Assembly (NCBI GenBank): GCA_053919585.1
Contig: CM132803.1
Length of the DNA stretch: 64,000 bases
Strand: one strand, 5' to 3'
Source: Euprymna scolopes
Taxonomy: Eukaryota
Within the stretch, counting starts at the first letter, position 1. Every line of letters begins with the position of its first letter. The notes beneath the pieces are model-generated. The model did not search any database, was not told the origin of the DNA, and saw only the letters and a program-made list of their open reading frames with translations. Shown piece by piece: positions 53,221-64,000 of this stretch. Made by a program: the position numbers and the translations under genes.

Positions 53221-56200
53221 ATGGGAAACATGATGATACTTTTGTTGTTTTTCTTCAATGTTATACAAATCTGTCAATGCATTGACTTGACATACAATGT
53301 GGATGAAGGGAAAACTCCAGGTACCTACTTAGGGGACATTGCTGCTGACTCCCACATCATGGATGATGTCTCTTTAGAAAACAGACAATTTGTCACTTTT
53401 AATCAGTTGCAACAGGGAGTATCAAGTAATACTCAGTTGTTTCATGTCTCCAAGAAAAAAGGGAAACTCTTCACTGCTCAAACTCTTGATGCAGAATCAA
53501 TGTGTCAACGTGATATTGAGTGTTTTCAAATGGTTGACGTGGCTGTGAGGGAAGGAAAAACATTCATGAAGATCATAAAGATAAAAGTTATAATAAATGA
53601 TGTCAATGATAATCAACCCGAATTTCCGCAGAAAGAAATCGATTTACAAATCCTTGAAGGGATGAGTAAAGGTTTTGAAAAATCCATTCCGAATGCCATT
53701 GATAAAGATATTAGTGCAGTCAATTCAAAAATTACTTATAAATTAGAGAACAATGACAAAGTGCCATTTTCTCTTCTAATTCATAGGCTTCCTTTCAGTA
53801 CACCCAAATTAAGTATTGCTGTGCAAGAAAGATTGGACCGAGAAAATAAAGACTCTTATGTGATACAATTAATTGCCAAAGATGGTGGATCACCCCCAAA
53901 ACAAAATGTTTTAAACATTAACATCTATGTTACAGACGTCAATGATAACCCTCCCATTTTTAGCAAAGATATATATAATGTTTCTATTGAAAATAAAATG
54001 GCAAAAAACATTCCAATAACAAAAGTGACAGCAAATGATTTGGATGAAGGAGAAAATGGAAAAGTTTCATATCAAATAAGTGCAGAAACATCGGAAGATG
54101 TTAAAAATCTCCTTGAATTGAAAGAAATTTCTGGAGAAATATTTCTACGTGAAAACCTGCCATCCAGTGAAAACAGAATATTGAAATTATTAGTCACAGC
54201 TACAGACAATGGTCAACCACCATTAAGTGGTTTTGCTGTGGTGCTGATAAATATGATTAATACTCAGAACAGACCACCAAAAATATTTATTACATTCATG
54301 TCCGAATCTAAAGAAAACACAGTTTCAATTCTGGAAGACGTTGAAATTGGTAGTTTTATTGCTTATGTTAAAGTAACTGACCCTGATGCTGGACAAAATG
54401 GACAGGTTAATTGTGAGTTGCACCATGATAAATTTCGTTTACAAAAACTAAGATCCAAAGAATACAAAGTCACATTGAAACACAAAGTTGACAGAGAAAT
54501 GCAAGAGCACCATGATGTTACAATCAGCTGCAAAGATGAAGGATCTCCTCCACAACACAGTGATAGCAAGTTCTCCATCAAAGTTAAAGATGTCAATGAT
54601 GTAAGACCACAATTTACAAAAGATACATTTAAATTCTCTGTGTTTGAGAATGAAAGTCCAAAGACGTCAGTTGGTTCTATCAATGCCACTGATCCTGATC
54701 TGGGAGCTGGCAGTAGACTCACATATTCTTTGCTTACGAAAAATGAAGACTTCTTACCTTTCAAGATAACCAGTGATGGCTTGATTTCAACAATCATGTC
54801 TCTTGACCATGAGTTCAAAGACATTTATAAATTCAACGTTTTAGTGAAAGATAATGGAAACCCTCCACTTGATAATAGCGTCAATGTCATTGTGCAGATT
54901 GAAGATAAAAATGATAATGCTCCATATTTTACCTTTCCCAGTGTGAATCCTTTCAATCTCGATGTCAAATATCATCCACATCATACAAAGAACATCACTC
55001 TTCTCAAGGCTGCCGACAGTGACAGTCAAGAGAATGCATTTCTCAAATATGAAATAACTGCAGGCAACGATAAACAGTTGTTTGCCATCAATCATTATAC
55101 TGGATTGTTGTCTTTCACTCGCTTACTTGGCCATCAAGATGCTGGCTCCTATCACCTGCAGTTTATGGTCAAGGATAGTGGTAGTCCAGTTTTATCTGCA
55201 AAGACATCAGTCTTTTTGACATTGACAGTTAGTAACAATACCGCAGATATCTTAAATGCTGCCTATACGCACACTGATATCAAGATCCACCAGTATTTAC
55301 TCATTGTCATTGTGTTGGTTGCAGTCACCGTTGCTATACCAATTACTGCTGCAATTTCCATCTGCATCCTTCGTTGCATTGATACCAGAAGTGTTGCACA
55401 AGCACATCCATTGGCTGACTCTTCCAGCAAATATTATCCCGAACAGGCACATGCAATGCATCCGTCTTACCAGACTACTTATTGGTCTGGTGTGTCTGTT
55501 GCTGTGCGAGCAGAACAAGATGTGCTTTGTAGAACTCTACCGGGAAGAGGCAGAAGGCCACAACATCGTGCAGATGTTACAAATGATGGACGTAGAAGTT
55601 CAACTCTTGGAATTAAAGTGCAAACGGCCACCGAGGTCATCTATGAGGTAAGGACTCCTTTATTTTTGTTTTCATTCACAATTAAAAAAGTTATAATTAA
55701 TTAATTGTTCTAAAAAATAAATAAAAGGAAACAGAAATGGAAACATAATAGTTATTCATAAATTTTACAGAAGTTTAGATCAACATGGTACTTTGGGTTT
55801 CAAACTTAGGGAGTTGATCTAGGCAGATAAAAACTGGGTTATTTTGAATTTTTACTATAAACCACCTATTGGCTTTCATGTGGCTGATGAAAGTTAGTGA
55901 GTAGTTTAAAATTAAAGATTTTGCATTAATAGTTATAAAGTTCTGTCCAGAATTTTGATATAGTCCTCAGAATTATCCTGATTGCAATTGTCCAGTCCTT
56001 GAGCTAAAATAATCCTAAAACATTGAGCCGCTTTAATGTTTTAATGTTGGCACTGTATTCTTTGAGAGGAATAGCTCATGTTTCTTGGTTCAAACCTTTT
56101 GCACATATTTGTTGAAAAGATCAATGTGTATAATCACTCAATATTACTTGTTTCCAAAAATCAAGTCTTTCTAATAACATTTTGGGTAAAAATAAACTAA

Positions 56201-57708
56201 ACAATATGAAGAAAGGTTTTTTGTGGTTAGTTTCAATAAAACTGATTCCAAATTTAACAATGTTGTATTGCGCAAATACCTACACTCTTACCACCATATC
56301 CAAACTTTTGGGAATGTCTTTCAAATAATATTTTGGCGTATATTAACCTTTAAAAACAGTTTTTGCAGAGTGCTCGATGACAATTTAAATTTTCTGCCAC
56401 ACTCAGACAAATACTCTGTTATGTCATACTGTTTAAACTTCTTTGTGACTAAATGTAACATAGATCTAGTGATAACTAACCAGTTTGAAATAGTGCTGTT
56501 ACTATTTCCTGGTTTGTTGAAGTTACTAATTTCTTGTCTCAAATTAAAGCTCAGCTTCTTTGTTTTCCTCATTAGGTTCTAAATATGAAAATAACAATAA
56601 CGTCATTTGCAATGCGTAATGTTCTTTACTGAAATGCTCCCAATAAACAGCGCAAAAGATATCACTGATAAAATAAGTAAAGTAAATCACTTATACTTCC
56701 ATGAATCAATTAAGTTAAAACATTTTCTATCGTAAAATTAATTTTATCTTTTCCTAATAATTGTCAAATTTACTGTATTAACTTATTGTTATTCTGAAAA
56801 TTGAGACTTAGTAAAATAATAATAATGAAGCCAGCAGTAAAACAGGCATTAAATGGGTAAAAAAATATACCTATTTATGGCAGAACACCTTTGAGGAACA
56901 TCAATTTTAGAGTTACTGGTCTCCTCTACCAAGGAATACAAGTTTAAAGATTTTAATTAAAATTTATTATCGATTGAATATAGCTCATTAATTTATATAA
57001 GGTTTCTTTGTGTTTCTATGCTGAAAGGAAATTCGAGGTGCAACTGGTGGTAAGAGACATGAAGAAAGGAATTGTATGGCTCCAACTTGTCACCCTGATA
57101 TGGGACCTTCTCATCCAGATCAAGAAGATCCCTATGCTGAAAGATATGCTAATCATTGTCAAAATGTACCAGGTAAGTTTTATAGATTTGATGCATGGAC
57201 CCTTATAAATTGCATGATGAGTACATTAGAATATTTGAAATAAACACTATGAAAAAAATAAAAAATACATTTTACTAAATTTTTTTTATATATAAAACTT
57301 TCAGCATCTGAAACATCAGATTATTATGAACCACATTCAGCAGAGAATATTCACGAGGAATACACAGATATGAAACCTTCATTACAAACATTCATGTCTC
57401 CTGGGGATACAAGGACTCTTCCAAGACGGATGTATAAGGCAGATACTGACCCTAACTCGGACTATAGGCAGTGGGGTAGTCTGAAGAAGAACGCAGCAGA
57501 TAGATACACATCTGAAACGCAATTGCATTTGCACAATGTTGATGCAGACAATGTTACATGTGAGCCTCAACAAGAACAAACACAACCAGAAGTAGAAACT
57601 ATACAAGATGACAAAGAAAAAGAGATAGAACACATTGAGAATAGAGAAAACCTTCAACAAGATTCTCCACCAAACACTCCAACATCAATGCATTCAATAC
57701 AAACATAA
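53221..57708 (+). CDS. Pcdh: Protocadherin Pcdh-5, join(53221..55647,57028..57172,57305..57708), about 991 aa
   Basis: Signal peptide, 6 EC, TM; acceptor tttcag|53151; frame-preserving junctions. Confidence 0.93.
55770..56860 (-). mobile_element. Possible decayed piggyBac-like fragment in intron 2 of Pcdh-5
   Basis: Right end ggcattaaatgggtaa resembles a TTAA-CCC terminus. Minus-strand LFSLFLPKMLLE...ET-like remnant. Confidence 0.35.
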
Positions 57709-59169
57709 AATTTCAATCAATTATTTGATACTTTCCATTTTTTTTATAATATTTTATATACAATTTTCAAATGGGGGTTTAGCGTTATAAAAATATTATT
57801 CATATAAAATCTTAGAAATAACCAATTAAAATTAATATTCAGTTCTTATGTTATGTAACTAAAAGCCATTAATCACTCAGCATAATTTAAGAAAAGAAAT
57901 GCTGATACAAGATTTCTTTAAATTTTTTGTTTTATCATGTATTGCTTCATAAAAATAAGAATCTACTTCTAATCTTTGAATAAATTTAATTTATTTATTT
58001 CTATTGAAATTATCATACTATTTATTCTTTGCATTTAATAAAAAAATGATCTATTTAATCTTCATATAAAAATGGATTTAATCAATCATTAACTTTAATA
58101 ATTTTTTAATTATCACAACAAATAATTTTTTATTCTCTAGATTTTAAATATATGAAAAGCTAGTTATGTCTTTTTGATAAAAAATATCTTACAATTTTAA
58201 CAATTTGTAATAAAATACTTACCAATGTCTATTGTAACACTGAAGAAAAAATCTTAGAAATTTATTTCCTGATGTAAAAATATAAAGTTCACTCATTAAA
58301 ATGAGATATTTATGAATAAATTCAATTAAACGAAAAGTGAAAAATTTAAAATGAAAAGAGAGAAATATATTTTTCTTATAGGTAGCTTTTAGAAATAATA
58401 AATTCTTGTTTTTAATTAAGAAAAAGTTACATTTTTATTTTCACTTTTTTCTTCTTAAATAAGTGATTTTGCCTTATGTTGAATCTTAATTTTTTTTATT
58501 GCTAGATAGACTAAAAATTAAAACATGTACAGATTTTATTGTTTAATCAAAAATCATTTTTTATTTCATAAATTGTTAAAAAATTTAACCATGAAAATTA
58601 TAAAAAGGTAAAAATCATAATTATATTATTTTTATCACTTTAAGAATTAAAATTTTGTTCAAAATGTCATCTTCGATAGGATGTAAGAATCTAAGTTATT
58701 TTTATACTCTTTTTAGAAGAAAATACACTGAAACGTTAAAACACTATATTCTACTTCAAATTATTTAAATATTTTTTTAATTATTTTGCACAATATCTTT
58801 TTACTATCAAAAGAAAAGATGTTTATTGTTTCTATTAGTTGTACAATAATTAACTAAGTAAAAAAATGATGTGAAAAGTACTAATAGATAATATTGTTAT
58901 CCCTTTTTATATTTTGGATATTTAGGAGCAATAAAAAATAATTTGATATTTTCAATTTAATTTACATCTTTTAAAATAAGTTAGGAATATAAATATGAGA
59001 TGAAAAATGAATGAAATAAAGAACAAAAGAAATAGAAGAGATTAAGCTTCAAGTAAAATATTCAGTATTCAGTAATACTATTTTCTACTAAAAAAAAATT
59101 AAAAACATTTTTAAAATACTTTTGAATCATTTTTCCACAAGTTAAATTAAACATTTAATGCATAATTAA

Positions 59170-59434
59170 ACTACTTGCCTTTATGCTTTCTTTTGCTTTG
59201 TTTGAATCTGTGGCACAAGCTGTCATGATGCATAGGACAGATTTGATAGGACTATAGCTTTCTTTTTCCCCCACAAACACACATAATCACACACACACGT
59301 ATGCCCAAAAGGAGACTAACATTGTGTTCCTACAATAGCAGCAGCAGCAGCAGTAGCAGAAGAGCTGTACACCAGGATACAAATACGTATTTTGTTCCTT
59401 CATACAGTTATGCTTCATCAATACAATATTGCAG
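59170..59434 (+). promoter_or_regulatory. Putative promoter and non-coding exon 1 of Pcdh-6 (donor after 59434)
   Basis: Paralog of 1241-1554; ends CAATATTGCAG|GTTAGT. Confidence 0.75.
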
Positions 59435-61715
59435 GTTAGTTGACATTAATATTTTTATAACTTTTTTCATTTCTATCTTTTATGTTCATGTTTGCTTTGT
59501 AAAAAACTTAACAAAAATTAAATACACCAAAACTTTTCTTTATACAAATTGAATCAGTTTTTTTGCATAGAACATTCTAATTTTGATATTTTCACAATTT
59601 AATCACTTCACTGTTTTACAATCAGTGTACAACATGTAAAATGTCTGACTCATACATTTGGCATGTTCATTTAAAATGTTATATGTTAAAATGTTATATT
59701 ATTAAGAGTTTTATTATTGAAAAATGTCTAGATGAATTTAACTGAAAATTTTTAATAAAGTCTCTGAAAAGCAGGTTTGAATGCTGAAAAGACCATATAA
59801 ATTTTTTTTTTTTTCTATACATGATTTTTTGAGAATAAACAATATTCAGCCACATCAAGATGGCATCATGTAGAAGAATCGAAATAAAATGTCTTGTGGT
59901 GATGGTGGTTGTTGTTGTTGTTGTTATTATCATAGTGATAATAATAATAATAATAATAATAATTATTAATATTATTTCACATAATTCTTAAGTATATTTT
60001 ATCTACATAAAAAACAACAAAAACTAATTGCTGAGAAGAAAATACTAATTTTTATCAGCTTAATATTCAAATTTATGTTTAATATGATTATTAGTATTTT
60101 AATTTTATTAAAAATGGATTGCATTTTTCTAACAAAGATTTTACTATTACAACTACTCTTCAATTACAACTACTCTTCAAAAAAATGTTTTTATAGGATA
60201 AAAATTCATATTCTGTATGTATGATTCCTTTCTCATTAGATTCCTCTATTTTGTTATATGTACACATATATGCTGTGAACAGAACCAACCCAATTTTTAT
60301 CAAAATAATTATAAAATTTAGATTAAGGTTAGTTTAGGGTCAGAGTTTGATTCAAATTCTGTAGAAATACCTTTTCTTGATATTATTATCATCATCAATA
60401 GTAATAATCATTTAAGCCATTTAATGAATAAAGTTTAAAAATCTAAAATGACGTTCCATTTGATTATTTTTAAATTCAAATTAAAACTCTGAATTATGAT
60501 TATGCATGCATACATTTACACTTAACAAAAACTTAGATTACTTTGGAATAATTTTTCTTAAAAAATAAACTCTGCATAAAACACAATCACTAACAAAGTT
60601 TTTCTTGTTATAATTAAATAGATACATTTATTATTTTAAAAACAAAATTTGATGTTGCTGCTACCATTGGTTGTTATGGTCATGATTATGATGCTAACTA
60701 TTCCATCTGGCATGAAAAAAAAAAGAAGAGTCCCTCCTCTCATCTTTCTAAATCAGAAAAAAAATTTTTTCTTAATTTAAATTATGTTTTTTTTTTCTTT
60801 CTTTAATAATAAGAGCAAAAAGCACAAAGCAATCATTTCAAATTAGTCCCTAATATATAATTGTTTTATCTGACCAATGACAATTCCACCTTTTTGTTTA
60901 TACATTTTATTATATAAACAGTTGTTTATGGGAATATATTACCATTTTTATACTCATATAAAATCAATTTCCTCAGGTTTGAATGCTGAAAAGACCATAT
61001 AAAATAATCATTTTGTTGTTTTTTTTTTTTTTTCTAAAAAAATTAATTTGACTGTCTTCATACATTGTAAATTTCCTCAAAAATAAAATATATCAAATAA
61101 CACCATAAAAATCATTCTTTTGTTGAGTTTTTGCCAAATTACCAAAATATGAGATGAAAATTATTTTTGTTGTTTTTCTGTAAAGAAGACTATAGCTTCA
61201 TTAGTTGCTGCTTGGGAGGGGGGGGGGGGGAGTAGTTTTTTTAGTACTTGATTCCATATAATAAAGTGAAGCTGTTTTTTCTTTCTCAGTTTGTCATTAA
61301 TAGCATTGTATATTATGAATCAATATTTAAATTGGACTAGCTATTTTTTTTATTCCACTATGTTCTTTACAAGAATAAAATGTATTTTGCTGAAAATATT
61401 TGATAAGCTACTTATTCCAGTTAAGAAGATTGTTATAATGGAGACATTCTAAATTAATGACTGAAACAGCTGTATCAGTTAAAAAAATTGTCATTGTTCT
61501 ACTTCAACTAGCAGACATACACTTATATGTGTTTAAAATAAATACTAAAATATTTATTTCTTGATGATAATAAGTAAACTAATCTGACTTATAACACCTA
61601 ATTGAAATGCAGTTTCTATTCAATATGACATGGGACCTTTCGTATGAATCAAATAGTTAATGAACTTGCATACATGATTCTTACCGTAAGTTCATTATTA
61701 TGTTTAACTATTTAA

Positions 61716-62496
61716 CTAGCAGTTCAGCCCGCCTTTGCTCAGGCCCTATGTACTGCTCATAACTTTATGTGCGTATGTACTCATGTCCAGGTAACCTACA
61801 TCTAAAATTTCAAGTGTTTAGACCCAAAATTGGCGGAGGAGTTTGATAGAATCTGCAAAGGTACACTCTTTCAACTATGACCTCTTGGCAGTCAAATTTT
61901 TGCCCAAAAATTGATTAAAAAGCTTGCTGCATGTCTGAATACCCGTTATGTAAATTTTCAAATGTTTAGACCCAAAATTGGCTGAATAGTTTTACTAGAG
62001 ACTGCAAAGGTAAAAATCTTTTGAACTTTGACCCCTTGGCACCCAAATTTTCAACAAAGAATGATTAAAAAGCTTTCACTATGTCTGAATACACTTTATG
62101 TAAAATTTCAATTTTAAAAGTTTAGACCAAAAATTAGCTGAGTAATTTCGTAGAGACCACAGAGGTAAATTTTTGTTAAAATTTTGACCCTGTAACATTT
62201 ATTGTTTTGGGCTCAAATCAAATTAAAAAGTTTGATCCATGTCCAAGTAACCTAAATCTAAAATTTCAAGTGTTTAGACCAAAAATTGGCGGAGGAGTTG
62301 TGCAGAGTTTTCAAAGATCAAATCGTTGAACTTTGACCCCTTGACAGCCAAATTTCTGGGCGAAAACCGATTAAAAAGATTTTCCCAAATTTCAATACCT
62401 CTTTTATCAAATCTCGAGTCTGTGGACTGAAAATTGACAGAGTAATTTGATAGGGACACCGCCACACAGACAATTTCACTTTTATAGATATATAGA
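61716..62496 (-). mobile_element. Non-autonomous Helitron-like element with about five internal ~150-bp tandem repeats
   Basis: a|CTAGC...GCCCGCCTTTGCTCAGGC at the left end and ACAGACA...TATATAGA|t at the right end. The unit gtttagacc(c/a)aaaattggc recurs at ~61815, 61963, 62120, 62272 and, degenerately, ~62420. Confidence 0.75.
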
Positions 62497-63649
62497 TTCT
62501 AAATTATTTTCACTTTATCTCTATTTAAATCACTCACACTTTGTAAAAGTCATAAAAAAAAAAAAAAGATATTAGATCAACTTTGATTAAGCCAAGAAAT
62601 TAATATTTACTTTTTGGCAATTTACCCAATATTCTTCCTATTATTAATTCATTCATAATACTGAATTTATTTCTAAATGACATATTTGTGATTTACATAA
62701 CCCTCAAAATAAGAAAACATTTTGTTTTAATTTAATTAACTGTCGATAAAAAAAAAAGTCAAATAAATAATACAAAGTTTAAAAATCTTTTAAATGTCAA
62801 AGAAAAAAAAAAAACTGTTAAAAAATGTAAATAAAAGACAGTTTTTTTTTGTTTTTGTTTCAATTAAAGAATTGTAATTGGATTGGAATTTTTGTTTCTT
62901 TTAAATAAAAATTTAATTCTCATTTGATTAAAACTTTGATAAAATCAAAATAAGGAAATTATTTTTTGTTTTAATACTGTGAAAAAAGTAGAAAGCAATA
63001 CTCACATCAAACGCCCAGTGTAGTCACCATAGTAATTTAAAACAATAGCCAAACTATATATATTAAATGTTAAGTTTACAAATATAATTGCAGAGGGAAA
63101 AATGAAAAGTACAGTATCTTAAATGTTGTAATAAGCATGAAATGCTGTATGTTACATTATACTAAACTGAATTAACAGATTAATAAAATACATATTTGCT
63201 TTATTGTTATTTCAGTAAGTCAATGTGTATGTGTATGTATAAAAGGTACTAATTTAGCAACACAAAAAAAAAAAAAAAAATCAAAATCAAATATAAATTT
63301 GACCAATGTGCTGCTATTCAGGCTTAAACACTTCAATCATGATTGAAAAGGGGAAAATCAATATTCTGATATTTACATTATTTTAGAAAACATTTCAAAC
63401 TATGATAATGCTAAGAATAAATGTTTTAATTTGATATTAATTAATATGCAAGGCATCTATATTTTAAACATGGTGTAGACTTATGTATGAAGGATGATTT
63501 CACTCAAATTCTTCAATTATAAACAAAATATGTTTAAAATATCACATGAAATAAAATTTTAAAAAAATGAATTAAATTTCTGAATCTGAGAAAGATATAT
63601 AAAATTATTTTTGCGATAATATTTCAAAATCATTTTTTCTTCTTTCAGA

Positions 63650-64000
63650 ATGAACATACAGAATTTGAAGACTACAAAATATTACTCTGGTATTAACAAT
63701 TTTACTATGTTACTAACCATCTACATTTTCATGTTGACTCTTCACTTGGGACAGAGTGTGGACCTGAAATATGGGGTTAATGAAGGTAATAGTCCTGGTA
63801 CCTACCTGGGAGACATTGCAGCTGACTCTCATATCATGAAGGATGTCTCTTTGGAAAACAGGCGATTGATCACATTCAATCAATTGCGACAGGGAAAAGC
63901 TGGAACTTCACAGTTGTTCCATGTCTCCGAAAAGAAAGGGAAACTTTTCACTTCACAGACATTGGATGCTGAATCTCTTTGTACCTACAATACAGAATGT
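63650..64000 (+). CDS. Pcdh: Protocadherin Pcdh-6, 5' partial (signal peptide and most of EC1; runs off the window)
   Basis: Acceptor tttcag|63649; open frame MNIQNLKTTKYYSGINNFTMLLTIYIFMLTLHLGQSVDLKYGVNEGNSPGTYLGDIAADSH...LCTYNTEC. Absent from the ORF track because there is no stop in the window. Confidence 0.92.
   Translation, partial: MNIQNLKTTKYYSGINNFTMLLTIYIFMLTLHLGQSVDLKYGVNEGNSPGTYLGDIAADSHIMKDVSLENRRLITFNQLRQGKAGTSQLFHVSEKKGKLFTSQTLDAESLCTYNTEC

Noticed and set aside
61800-62450. Spaced repeats resembling a CRISPR array
   Set aside because: Eukaryotic context, the whole ~150-bp units are homologous, and they lie inside Helitron-like ends.

Overview
AT-rich animal genomic DNA, most likely a coleoid cephalopod such as Octopus (inferred from the protocadherin type and the repeat landscape). 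The window is part of a head-to-tail tandem protocadherin array on the + strand: five complete genes of about 990-1000 aa (Pcdh-1 to Pcdh-5) and the 5' part of a sixth. The first ~1.2 kb resembles the 3' flank of a further upstream copy. All genes share one architecture: a conserved promoter/non-coding exon 1 ending at CA(A/T)TGCAG|GT-type donors, a TE-laden intron 1, a large exon (signal peptide, 6 EC repeats, TM, juxtamembrane tail) and two small cytoplasmic exons. Main observations: (1) a 1296-bp, indel-free block covering EC4-EC6, TM and the proximal tail is nearly identical in all five genes even at silent sites, while EC2-EC3 diverge, giving a variable/constant design inside every gene; (2) a conserved multi-motif element and an intronic AP-1 site precede all six genes; (3) the EC3-EC4 linker lacks canonical Ca2+-binding motifs at the variable/constant border; (4) splicing creates an invariant YEEI motif, and a WIRS-like motif is conserved; (5) the tail of one gene co-segregates with the promoter of the next, so the duplication unit appears offset from the gene. 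The introns hold decayed Tc1, mariner, RTE-like LINE (5'-inverted), MITE, Helitron-like and SINE elements. Exon boundaries were read manually from GT/AG signals and paralog comparison, without transcript data.
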